From positions 30,001 to 62,000 of the forward strand of contig JAITBP010000006.1 in the NCBI GenBank assembly GCA_031283585.1: DNA of 32,000 nt. The letters are read 5' to 3'. The position numbers and the translations under genes were made by a program. Below the pieces are notes generated by a model. The model saw only the letters and a program-made list of their open reading frames with translations, did no database searches and was not told the DNA's origin. Of the stretch, positions 18,463 through 27,567 are shown one piece after another. The DNA is from Puniceicoccales bacterium. Its GTDB lineage: Bacteria; Verrucomicrobiota; Verrucomicrobiia; Opitutales; LL51. Numbering within the stretch: position 1 is the first letter of the stretch; the number at the start of each line of letters is the position of its first letter.

Positions 18463-19449
18463 GTGACTTTAGATACGAGTATTTTAAGTGTAACCAACGA
18501 TTCACTTGCGCTGGTCAGTAGGGAATTGTTGGCCGGTGGTGTGGTCGCACTGCCCACAGAAACCGTCTATGGGTTAGCTGGCATAATCACCAGCGAAACC
18601 GCTATAAATCAGATATTTAACATAAAAAACCGGCCATTTACGGATCCATTGATAGTCCATGTCCTAGGCCTTAACGACTTGTTAAACCTTACAAAAATCA
18701 AGGATGACACTATCCCTAGCCTAAATCTCCTGGTGGATTCATTCTGCCCTGGCCCACTGACGTTTGTGTTACCGAAGGCCGATTCCGTCAGAAACAAAAT
18801 AACGGCCTCAAAGCGCACCGTAGCCATCCGGATTCCAGCCCACAGGGTTTTTAGGGAAGTCTTGGTTAGGACCAAGGTACCATTGGCTGCGCCCAGTGCA
18901 AACCAGTTCGGGTATATAAGTCCAACCACAGCAAAACATGTTATGAACTCGCTCCAGGGAAAAATACACCATATCCTCGACGGCGGTCCCTGCGAAATAG
19001 GCCTGGAGTCCACCATAATAGATCTTTCCAAAGACCAAATAAAGATTTTACGACCCGGAGCAATAACCGCAGAGATGTTACAGGAAGCCACTGGCTTAGA
19101 AGTGGTTAGCCCTAGGCAAATGGCCACCACGGACCCGGCAGCCCCGGGACTATTTAAACGACACTACAGCCCAAATACAAAACTGAGATTATTTGACGCC
19201 GACAGGGTTCCAGCGGCCGCCAGTAACACCGCCATTGTGTACCTGAAAAGGCCCGTCCAGGAAAAAAAAGACACCTTTTGGCTGAGCGAAAACGGAGATT
19301 TATCCGAGGCTTCCAGAAATATTTTCTCAATACTAAGATACTTGGATCAATGTGGTTATGACACAATTTTCTGTGAAAAAGCACCGGCCGTCGGCCTGGG
19401 CATGGCGTTGAATGACAGGCTATCTCGTGCCGCGGCGAAATTTATGTAA
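18463..19449 (+). CDS. tsaC: L-threonylcarbamoyladenylate synthase, Sua5-type (TsaC plus Sua5 C-terminal domain)
   Basis: 'GGVVALPTETVYGLAG', 'RPFTDPLIVHV' and 'APSANQFGYISPTTA', and at 328 aa it is long enough to include the Sua5 C-terminal domain. GTG start 4 nt after the rpsR stop. Confidence 0.92.
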   Translation: MTLDTSILSVTNDSLALVSRELLAGGVVALPTETVYGLAGIITSETAINQIFNIKNRPFTDPLIVHVLGLNDLLNLTKIKDDTIPSLNLLVDSFCPGPLTFVLPKADSVRNKITASKRTVAIRIPAHRVFREVLVRTKVPLAAPSANQFGYISPTTAKHVMNSLQGKIHHILDGGPCEIGLESTIIDLSKDQIKILRPGAITAEMLQEATGLEVVSPRQMATTDPAAPGLFKRHYSPNTKLRLFDADRVPAAASNTAIVYLKRPVQEKKDTFWLSENGDLSEASRNIFSILRYLDQCGYDTIFCEKAPAVGLGMALNDRLSRAAAKFM

Positions 19450-19553
19450 ATGGCAAAATTTTATACTTAAACCATGGCGAAATTATAAAAAAATGTGACA
19501 AAAAGACTTAAAAAGACTTGCCAATCAATAAACAATGTTAGAAAATAGTTATC

Positions 19554-20969
19554 GTGGGCTTTTCATATAAATTGGCCGGCTGGGCTATTGTAATGCTTTC
19601 ATTGTTTGGTTGCGCGTGCAACCATACTGACCAGCAACCAGTTAACTGTGATAGTCCTTCTGATTATCTGCCCGCCGAATGCAGTACCGAAGAAGACCTA
19701 CCTTCCACTGAAATAACCTGGCCTGCGGATCTTAATACATTGCTTGACATAGCCTTCTCGAACAATCCCGAGACCAGACTGGCCTGGCAGAGGGCTAAAA
19801 TAGCCGAGGCACAAAAGGGCAAAGCCGCCGCTGTGTTTTTTCCTCAGGTTAAACTGAAGGCCATCGCGGCCAACTCAAAGGATATTGCAGGACAAAATCC
19901 ATCTGATAATAAACGACTTATAACCCATGAATCCACGGTATTTTATCCACAGATAGAAATTACCTATTCACTTTTCAAGTTCGGCGCCCATAGGGCCCGG
20001 GCCGAGGCTGCAAAATCCGAATTATTGGCCGCTAACTTCCAGTACAACAGGGCCTTGCAAACACTCGCATTCTCGGTCCAAATGGCCTACTTCAACCTTG
20101 ATTCAGCCAAGGAAGCGGTTTCAGCAAATCAGCTAAGTCTCGATGACGCAAAGGCTTCTCTTGAATATGCCCAACGTAGATATGATTCCGGCCTGGGCAA
20201 CATCAACGATCTCCTAAAAGCCAGGGCAAATCTTAGCCAAGCCCAGTTTCAATTTGAACACTCGTCGGCAAATATTGAGACGGCCCGGGCTGAATTGGCC
20301 AGGGTCCTAGGACTCCAGGTATCATCCCAGATTGATATTTTTAACCCAAACATTGACAACAACATAGATGACGCATTGCTGGGGCAGGTCGACGATATCC
20401 TCGCCAAAACCTTGGAATGCCATCCCCATATCCTGGCAGCCAAAGCCAGGTTCGATGCAGCCACCCAGGCCAATAAATCAGCCAGTCGCAATCTGATGCC
20501 AGAGTTGATAGCGGGATTCACAGGATCCATAAATAAGGTTAAACACTACGATAGCAATTACCAAAAATACAGCGCCTTCGTTGGCCTGCAATGGGATCTG
20601 TTCGATGGTTTTGCAAACCTTAATAATGTCATCGAAGCCAGGGCAAGAACCCGCGCTGCAAAACATGAACTACAGGCGGCAAAGCTCGATACAGCCAAAA
20701 ATGTCTGGGATCAATACCATAAATTTAAGTCAGCCTGCCGACAATTGAAAGCTGCAGGTGAATATGAAAAATCTGCCAAGGAAGCTTTCGACTCCATACA
20801 GCTTGCCTATGCAAATGGTCTGGGTTCTTTCCTAGATTTGATGACAGCCCAAAACAGTTTGGCATCGGCCAGACAAAAACTGGTGGCATCCAAAAACGGT
20901 TTAGCAATCAGCCTAGCCGCATTGGCCTATGCCGCCGGCAACCTAACAATAAATGATAGAAATAGATAA
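19554..20969 (+). CDS. TolC/NodT-family outer membrane efflux lipoprotein (OMF)
   Basis: Lipobox 'LSLFGC'. Two-repeat OMF architecture with 'NNPETRLAWQRAKIAEAQ' and 'RYDSGLGNINDLLKARANLSQAQ'. First gene of an OMF-MFP-RND operon. GTG is the only possible start after the in-frame TAG at 19539-19541. Confidence 0.9.
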   Translation: MGFSYKLAGWAIVMLSLFGCACNHTDQQPVNCDSPSDYLPAECSTEEDLPSTEITWPADLNTLLDIAFSNNPETRLAWQRAKIAEAQKGKAAAVFFPQVKLKAIAANSKDIAGQNPSDNKRLITHESTVFYPQIEITYSLFKFGAHRARAEAAKSELLAANFQYNRALQTLAFSVQMAYFNLDSAKEAVSANQLSLDDAKASLEYAQRRYDSGLGNINDLLKARANLSQAQFQFEHSSANIETARAELARVLGLQVSSQIDIFNPNIDNNIDDALLGQVDDILAKTLECHPHILAAKARFDAATQANKSASRNLMPELIAGFTGSINKVKHYDSNYQKYSAFVGLQWDLFDGFANLNNVIEARARTRAAKHELQAAKLDTAKNVWDQYHKFKSACRQLKAAGEYEKSAKEAFDSIQLAYANGLGSFLDLMTAQNSLASARQKLVASKNGLAISLAALAYAAGNLTINDRNR

Positions 20970-20981
20970 AATCTTAATAAT

Positions 20982-22115
20982 ATGAAGACAAAATCAAATA
21001 GGTGTCAATTAATCGCCCTGGTGTTGCTATCGATTGGTTTTCATGGATGTAATACCAAAACTCCAAAAAGCGCTGGCATACCCGGAGGTCCAGGAGCCAG
21101 ACCGCCTGTGCCAGTCACCGTAACCCCAGCCAAGGTTATGGATGTCCCCATAACCGTAGGCAGCCTAGGAAAATGCATTAGCCAGGAATCGATCAATATT
21201 ACAGCCCAGGTGCCAGGAGAAATAAAAGAGGTTCATGTGGCCCAGGGTAGCTATGTGGAAATCAATGAAATGTTATATACAATAGATCCAAGAAAATACG
21301 AAGCCACCCTCGCCAAACTCGAAGCCGAGCTAGCCAAGGCCGAGGCCCAGCTCCAACTAGATGAGGCAAAACTCACCAGATCCAAATCCCTTCTACCGGA
21401 CAACTATATCTCCCAGCAGGAATTTGAAACCTGTGAATCGAAGGTGCTGCAAGACAGGGCAAGTATAAAGCAGATAGAGGCACAAATCGTTCAAGCCAAA
21501 GTAGATCTAGAACATTGCCACATAACATCACCGATAAATGGACTGATGGGCAAATACCAGGTCGACTGTGGAAATGTTGTATCCCAGGCAACCGTATTGG
21601 CAAACATCCAAAACGTTTGGCAACTATACGTCGATTTTTCCATAGCCGAAACCTATTTTCCTGACCTCAACAGATATCTTTCGGAAAAAGATTCATTGGA
21701 TGTCGAAGTATCAAGCATTTCCGATCCGAGCATTACAGCCACCGGGACCCTAGACTTTGTCAATAATTCCATTGATCCGTCCAGCGGCACAATCCATCTA
21801 CGCGCCAGCCTCGAAAATGAAGACACCAGCTTCTGGCCAGGCCAATCTGTTACTGTAAGGCTCAAAATGACAACACTTAACAATGCAATTACCCTGCCAA
21901 CGGAAGCCATAAAAATCCATGGGAACAATAGGTACTATGTGCTCGTAGCAAAGCCAGATAACACCGCTGAGCTCAGGCAAATCTCCGTTGGTGAAACCTA
22001 TAATAATCGTACGGTGATAAAAGAAGGCCTGGCCGCGGATGAAACCGTAATATTAAAAGGCAATATAATGCTAGGCAATGGGTCACAAATAATTGTGATG
22101 CAACAAGATGAATAA
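20982..22115 (+). CDS. RND efflux periplasmic adaptor (membrane fusion protein)
   Basis: Lipobox 'GFHGC', lipoyl and coiled-coil segments ('YEATLAKLEAELAKAEAQLQLDEAKLTR'), and 'ITSPINGLMG'. It lies between the OMF and RND genes. Confidence 0.9.
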   Translation: MKTKSNRCQLIALVLLSIGFHGCNTKTPKSAGIPGGPGARPPVPVTVTPAKVMDVPITVGSLGKCISQESINITAQVPGEIKEVHVAQGSYVEINEMLYTIDPRKYEATLAKLEAELAKAEAQLQLDEAKLTRSKSLLPDNYISQQEFETCESKVLQDRASIKQIEAQIVQAKVDLEHCHITSPINGLMGKYQVDCGNVVSQATVLANIQNVWQLYVDFSIAETYFPDLNRYLSEKDSLDVEVSSISDPSITATGTLDFVNNSIDPSSGTIHLRASLENEDTSFWPGQSVTVRLKMTTLNNAITLPTEAIKIHGNNRYYVLVAKPDNTAELRQISVGETYNNRTVIKEGLAADETVILKGNIMLGNGSQIIVMQQDE

Positions 22116-22139
22116 CAATAATTCCAGGATAATTCATAG

Positions 22140-25100
22140 ATGAAAAGCATATCTGAGCCATTTATTAAACGTCCGGTCATGACAGTTCTTCTGGCGCTAT
22201 CCTGCGCCATGGCAGGACTGTATAGCTACTTTTCTCTGCCGGTCAGCGACCTGCCAAGTGTCGACTATCCGGTCATAACCGTAAGAGCTTTTTTCCCAGG
22301 AATGGACCCGTCTATGATGGCCGCCAATGTGGCTTCTCCACTGGAGAAGGAATTCATGCAAATATCTGGATTAGAGTTAGTTACATCCCAAAGTACCCAG
22401 GGATCCACCACCATCACCGTGCAATTTAGCCTGAACAAAAATATCGACGCCGCGGCCACCGATATACAATCGGCCATATCCCGAGCCATAGGGTCGCTCC
22501 CGCCGGATCTACCCACGCCACCAATGTTCGAAAAATCTGACCCCAATAGCACGCCGATCCACTTCATGGCACTGACCAGTAATGTGCTGTCAAAAGGCGA
22601 ACTCTACGACTTTGCATCCAATGAGATAGCGAACAAAATAAGTATGTTGCACGGGGTCTCAAAATGCCAGGTCTACGGCGTTTCCAGGGCAGTTCGTCTA
22701 GAAATCGACAACAATAAGCTGTTCAACAAAGGACTCACCATGTCCGATGTGGTCGGTGCGGTGCAAAAGCACACAGCCTCTCTGGCCGCTGGCACCCTAA
22801 ATGGCCACACCAACTCACTGGTTATAAAACCCTTAGGTCAACTGGACCGGGCCCCACAGTACAATGAAATAATCATCGACTACCGGGATGGCTCGCCCAT
22901 CTATCTAAAGGATATCGGCCAGGCCATCGATGGCTTCGCTTCCAACGACACCAGGCTGGTGTTTTGGCGATCCGATAGCGACAAAGTAGATTCGGCCGTC
23001 ATGATAGCCACCACCAGAGCCGCCGGTTCAAATACCATAGAAGTCGCTAAATCCATAAGAAAATTGATACCCGTCGTCCAGTCTCAGCTGCCAAAATCCA
23101 TGAATTTGATACCATCCTACGACCGATCGGTGCAAATCATCGAGTCCATAAACGACGTAAAAGAAACCATAGTCATCGCATTTATACTGGTAATATTGGT
23201 CATATTTATCTTTCTTGGCCGGTTCACCGAAACGATTATCCCAACTGTAGCACTGCCACTTTCTCTCTTTATGACATTCATTGTCATGCGATTATTGGAC
23301 TACAGCGTCGATAATCTGTCTCTGCTTGCCATGACTTTGGCCATAGGCTTCCTGGTGGATGACGCCATCGTTTTTTTGGAAAACATGGTACGCCGAATGG
23401 AAGTTTTTGGCGAAAATCCCACCGAAGCGGCCATAAACGGAGGGCAAGAAGTGAGCTTTACCATATTGGCCATGACCCTATCTCTGATCGCTGTGTTCAT
23501 CCCCATGGTGTTTATGACCGGTCAGCTAGGAAGAGTTTTTAGAGAATTCTCAATCACCATAGTCGTGGCCATATTTTCCTCCGGGCTGGTCTCGCTGACG
23601 GTGACACCAATGATGTGCGCAAGGATGTTGAAATCGATCCATGGAAAAGAAAAAACTCTGCTTGAGCGGATATCAAAAAAATTCGAAAATCTTATATTGT
23701 CATTCTATGGCAAGACCCTCCATTGGGCACTGAATCTGCGTTATATGTCGGTCATTTTTTGGGTATTATGCCTATTTCTCCTGTATTGGAGCTTCTCGTC
23801 ACTACCAAAAACATTTCTGCCGGCCGGTGATAGCGGCGTACTCCGTGGTGTATTTCTAACCAAAGAAGGTACATCGCCGGAACAAATGCACAGCTACCAG
23901 GACCAAATCAGCAAGGTTCTCGAGAGCGATCCAACCATCAATCAGTACCTGTGTTTATCCTGTCTGACCGGCATGTTACCAAGCAACCAAGGTATGCTGA
24001 TAGCGTTTTTAAAGGACGGCAAGCGTCCAAAAATCCAGGACATAGCCACTAGGCTAACAAAAGATCTATTCCTAATCCCGGGCGCTCTCACATTTTTACA
24101 ACCCATGCCAAATCTTCATATAAATACCGGTGCCATGAGCACAAACCAGGGTAAATATGCCTTTGCCATGACCTGCCAAAATTCTGAAGAGCTGGTAGTA
24201 CCTATGCAAAGATTGATGATGGAAATGATGAGCAATCCAGGGTTTACCAGTGTGTCATCCGACCTGTTCCTCAGCAACCCGGAACTAAACATCGAAATAC
24301 TCCGAGACCAGGCATCGATCTATGGCATCACCACCACCCAGATCGAAGACAGTTTTAAGCAATCCTTCTCGGAAAACCGATCCTATATTATAAAAACACC
24401 GATGCAGCAATACAACGTGATCGTGACGGCAAAAGAATCTCAAAGGACTGATAAATCAAACATCAAAGACCTATTTTTCCGCTCCAAAAGTGGCCAAATG
24501 ACGCCATTTGATTCGGTGGCAAAAATGTCAGAAACCCTTGGTCCAATTTCTGTAAACCATATCAATAACTTCCCATCGGTCACCATATTTTTCAACCTAC
24601 AGGATTGGTTTCCTCTGGGTGAAGCCACTGAGTTCATAGCTAAGAAAGCAAAAGAAATTCTTCCACAGCAAGTGCTTGGCTCATTTCATGGCGAAGCTGC
24701 CACATTCAAGGAAACCACCCAGTCGGTTCTAGTCCTGTTGATCGTAGCCATATTTGTGCTCTATGTGATACTTGGAATTCTTTACGAAAGCTATATCCAT
24801 CCGCTCACGGTGCTTTCGGCCCTGCCGATCGCCATGCTCGGTGGGATGGCAACGCTTATGTTCTGCGGCTATGAACTATCACTCTACGCCTTCATTGGGC
24901 TGTTTATGCTGCTCGGAATCGTTGGCAAAAACGGCATCATGATGGTGGATTTTGCCATAGCACGGCAAAAAGAAGGACTTTCTCCCGCCGAAGCAGTTCA
25001 CAAAGCCAGCCTGGAGCGCTTTAGACCAATCATAATGACAACGCTGGCAGCACTCATGGGCATGATCCCCATAGCCGCCGGTCTCGGGGCTGACGGAGTA

Positions 25101-25250
25101 TCACGGATACCGCTTGGACTGGCTGTGGTTGGCGGCCTTGTGTTCTCGCAGATAGTTACACTATATGTAGTTCCAGCACTCTATCTGTGCTTCGAAGACC
25201 TGCAGACTAAGATACTTGATAAAATCCCATTTTTTGCCCGGGAAATATAG
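22140..25250 (+). CDS. RND (HAE1, AcrB/MdtB-like) efflux permease
   Basis: 1036 aa with 'FIKRPVMTVLLAL' and the TM4 proton-relay motif 'LAIGFLVDDAIVFLEN'. 12-TM layout with two large periplasmic loops. Confidence 0.96.
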   Translation: MKSISEPFIKRPVMTVLLALSCAMAGLYSYFSLPVSDLPSVDYPVITVRAFFPGMDPSMMAANVASPLEKEFMQISGLELVTSQSTQGSTTITVQFSLNKNIDAAATDIQSAISRAIGSLPPDLPTPPMFEKSDPNSTPIHFMALTSNVLSKGELYDFASNEIANKISMLHGVSKCQVYGVSRAVRLEIDNNKLFNKGLTMSDVVGAVQKHTASLAAGTLNGHTNSLVIKPLGQLDRAPQYNEIIIDYRDGSPIYLKDIGQAIDGFASNDTRLVFWRSDSDKVDSAVMIATTRAAGSNTIEVAKSIRKLIPVVQSQLPKSMNLIPSYDRSVQIIESINDVKETIVIAFILVILVIFIFLGRFTETIIPTVALPLSLFMTFIVMRLLDYSVDNLSLLAMTLAIGFLVDDAIVFLENMVRRMEVFGENPTEAAINGGQEVSFTILAMTLSLIAVFIPMVFMTGQLGRVFREFSITIVVAIFSSGLVSLTVTPMMCARMLKSIHGKEKTLLERISKKFENLILSFYGKTLHWALNLRYMSVIFWVLCLFLLYWSFSSLPKTFLPAGDSGVLRGVFLTKEGTSPEQMHSYQDQISKVLESDPTINQYLCLSCLTGMLPSNQGMLIAFLKDGKRPKIQDIATRLTKDLFLIPGALTFLQPMPNLHINTGAMSTNQGKYAFAMTCQNSEELVVPMQRLMMEMMSNPGFTSVSSDLFLSNPELNIEILRDQASIYGITTTQIEDSFKQSFSENRSYIIKTPMQQYNVIVTAKESQRTDKSNIKDLFFRSKSGQMTPFDSVAKMSETLGPISVNHINNFPSVTIFFNLQDWFPLGEATEFIAKKAKEILPQQVLGSFHGEAATFKETTQSVLVLLIVAIFVLYVILGILYESYIHPLTVLSALPIAMLGGMATLMFCGYELSLYAFIGLFMLLGIVGKNGIMMVDFAIARQKEGLSPAEAVHKASLERFRPIIMTTLAALMGMIPIAAGLGADGVSRIPLGLAVVGGLVFSQIVTLYVVPALYLCFEDLQTKILDKIPFFAREI

Positions 25251-25252
25251 AA

Positions 25253-26032
25253 CTATACCAGTTTAAAACGCTCTATAACTTCTAGGCCGAGACGATCATA
25301 GGCCTTGGCACCGCTGCTCATTTTGTCGTACTCGAATATGGATTTTCCCAGCCTTGTGGCTTCGCTCAATCTGCTGGATCTAGGTATAACCGTTTCAAAA
25401 ACCAACCCCTTGAACTGGGCTTTTATATCTTCGAAAACCTTGGTTGATAGGTCGGTCTTAATATCAAACATGGTCATTATTATACCACCAATTTCCAAAG
25501 TTTTATTGAGATCATGCAGCTTAAGAGCCTCAACGGCATTGGATATCTGGGACATGACCTCCATCGAGGTGTACTCACTTCGAAGCGCCACCAATAGTTT
25601 ATCCACAGAACCGATGATATCGATGGCAGAGGATTCCCCCACCGGAGGGCAATCCAAAATGATTGCGTCAAAATCACCAGAATCCTTTATTGTGCAGACT
25701 GCCTCGTGAATGACCATCAGGTAATCACCATTTTCCCTGAGCCCTGTTTCGATCGCCTTCAGATTCTCATCGGATGGTATTATGGATAGATTTGCATAGC
25801 GGGTTTTTTTTATATTACAATCTGAGTCATAGGCGCCATGCAATATCCTATACAAGCTTCCATTGTTTTCCTTTTCATAACCAAGTCCTTTGGTTGCAAT
25901 ACCTGCCTGGTCGAAGTCTATCAGTAATGTCCTAACGCCTTTTAGCGCCAGAGATACCGATAGATTCACGGCAGTTGTAGTCTTTCCCACACCATATTCC
26001 TGACTAACAATCGAAAAGACCAAGGTTGGCAT
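25253..26032 (-). CDS. ParA/Soj-family ATPase homolog with a degenerate deviant Walker A
   Basis: 'MPTLVFSIVSQEYGVGKTTTAVNLSVSLALKGVRTLLIDFDQAG', 'AIILDCPP', and a C-terminus 'IPRSSRLSEATRLGKSIFEYD...GAKAYDRLGLEVI' typical of chromosomal Soj. ATG 26032 fits family N-termini. The ORF is open to TTG 26119, and ATG 26071 is another alternative. Confidence 0.85.
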   Translation of the reverse strand: MPTLVFSIVSQEYGVGKTTTAVNLSVSLALKGVRTLLIDFDQAGIATKGLGYEKENNGSLYRILHGAYDSDCNIKKTRYANLSIIPSDENLKAIETGLRENGDYLMVIHEAVCTIKDSGDFDAIILDCPPVGESSAIDIIGSVDKLLVALRSEYTSMEVMSQISNAVEALKLHDLNKTLEIGGIIMTMFDIKTDLSTKVFEDIKAQFKGLVFETVIPRSSRLSEATRLGKSIFEYDKMSSGAKAYDRLGLEVIERFKLV

Positions 26033-26221
26033 AGGCACATTGAGTTTTTTTTTACAATAAATGTCTAGCATTCTTTTCAAATTTATGATCTTGATCAAAT
26101 AATTTATAATTTGTTTCAAAAGAGTATTGACATGATACCCAATATTACAGATACTACTAACACGTTGTTAGCGGTTCTGAATAAGGGGCCAAAAGGAACG
26201 GAGACTTAAAGGAATATGAGA

Positions 26222-27442
26222 ATGAAAAAAGTTTTTACACTTTTAGGTAGTTTGTTTATAGTCAGTTATGCAAATGCAATTGATTGGCCGGATTTATCCG
26301 TAAGATCCAATGTTGGATTTGATTCTGAATTTGAATATCGTGGCCGTAAACAAGGTCAACAGATATTTAGACCTCAGGTTGAAGTCGGGTTACCGTTATT
26401 TGACCGTGGTGAATTCTATGTTGGTATGAACGCATTTGTGGGTACATCCGGATCTGGTAATCCAGCACCTGATGTGGAAGACGCCATTAGTACCACCTAT
26501 ACCCCTAGTGATGGTGAGAATAAAGGTAAGGCAGGACAGGAATTATCGCTAACCGCCGTTCCATTCAAAGAAAAGCCTGAGGCTAAAGAGGGTGAGGATG
26601 AAGAAAATACTACAGTCGCCAGCGTGGAAGATGGTAGTAATCATACAGTAAAAACAATGAACCAAGTGGATATCTATGCCGGTGTTAGATGGCCGGTGGA
26701 TGATACCTTCTCCGTTGATGTGGGATACATACATCACTTCTATACCAATCTTCGCGGCAAAGTCGCCGGAGTGCTTGGTAAGGTAGATGTGCCAGAACTG
26801 GGTACCGCCGTCGTCCCGGCCAAAGGCCTTGTCAACGATGGGAAATATGTGTCCTATGATTTAGAACCTATTTTCTTTAAAAGGACCAATACCAATGAGG
26901 TATATGTTGGTGTGACAGCAGATGTGCTATTAAAACCATCTCTGTATTGTGCCTATGACTTCAATCGGGAAGAATTAAATTTTGAAGGTATGATCGGCCA
27001 TACGGTAGATCTCGGTGAATATGGGTTTTCTGGGTTCTCAATTGATTTGAGCGCAAAACTCGGCTATGATACAGCAAGAAGACCTTTTGGTATACCGTGG
27101 TCCGAATGGAAAAATGATACCGAAGAGACAACCAATAACTATGTGGTATACAACGAAGCCACCAAGTCATTGACCAAAGGTACCGATGATAAGGGCGTTG
27201 AACTGGACGAAAATGTGGCCGGAGAAACCCTCAATGGAGGCAAAAAAAATTACATCTACTGGGGACTTGGATCGGATCTCGTCTATGCCTTCAATGACAA
27301 TGCCAAGGTTCGGGCAGGTGTACGTTATACCGGTAATGACGCTTCAAAAGAATCCTGGGTTAACTGTATCGGAAGAAATGAGGATGGTAAAGGACATAAA
27401 AATCTCCTGTGGTTTACCACATCGTTCGATTTCTCATTCTAA
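26222..27442 (+). CDS. outer-membrane beta-barrel protein (porin-like, TorF/Gcw_chp-like N-terminus)
   Basis: Signal peptide 'MKKVFTLLGSLFIVSYANA|ID', an alternating beta-strand pattern, 'NVGFDSEFEYRGRKQG' and a C-terminal beta-signal '...LLWFTTSFDFSF'. ATG 26222 lies 8 nt after AAAGGA, and an in-frame ATG at 26216 is also possible. Confidence 0.72.
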   Translation: MKKVFTLLGSLFIVSYANAIDWPDLSVRSNVGFDSEFEYRGRKQGQQIFRPQVEVGLPLFDRGEFYVGMNAFVGTSGSGNPAPDVEDAISTTYTPSDGENKGKAGQELSLTAVPFKEKPEAKEGEDEENTTVASVEDGSNHTVKTMNQVDIYAGVRWPVDDTFSVDVGYIHHFYTNLRGKVAGVLGKVDVPELGTAVVPAKGLVNDGKYVSYDLEPIFFKRTNTNEVYVGVTADVLLKPSLYCAYDFNREELNFEGMIGHTVDLGEYGFSGFSIDLSAKLGYDTARRPFGIPWSEWKNDTEETTNNYVVYNEATKSLTKGTDDKGVELDENVAGETLNGGKKNYIYWGLGSDLVYAFNDNAKVRAGVRYTGNDASKESWVNCIGRNEDGKGHKNLLWFTTSFDFSF

Positions 27443-27470
27443 GCAAAATACATAGAGCTAGTTGTTAGTC

Positions 27471-27500
27471 ATCGCTTCCCGCAAGAAGCGATGTTTTATT
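27471..27500 (+). terminator. Rho-independent terminator after the porin-like gene
   Basis: Perfect 8-bp stem ATCGCTTC / GAAGCGAT with the 6-nt loop CCGCAA, followed by GTTTTATT. It starts 29 nt after the TAA stop. Confidence 0.6.
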
Positions 27501-27530
27501 ATCGGCTTTCCATGGAAAACACTAGTTGTT

Positions 27531-27558
27531 TTGACAGCACCGCTGATGTTTATACAAT
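27531..27558 (+). promoter_or_regulatory. sigma70-like promoter candidate (TTGACA-N16-TACAAT)
   Basis: Perfect -35 TTGACA (27531-27536), a 16-nt spacer and the -10 TACAAT (27553-27558). The GTG start of the malQ-like ORF lies only 10 nt downstream. Confidence 0.4.
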
Positions 27559-27567
27559 TGTCTGGTT

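Noticed and set aside
18609-19130. 173-aa minus-strand ORF overlapping tsaC/sua5
   Set aside because: It is antisense to a gene carrying unmistakable TsaC/Sua5 motifs and has no features of its own.
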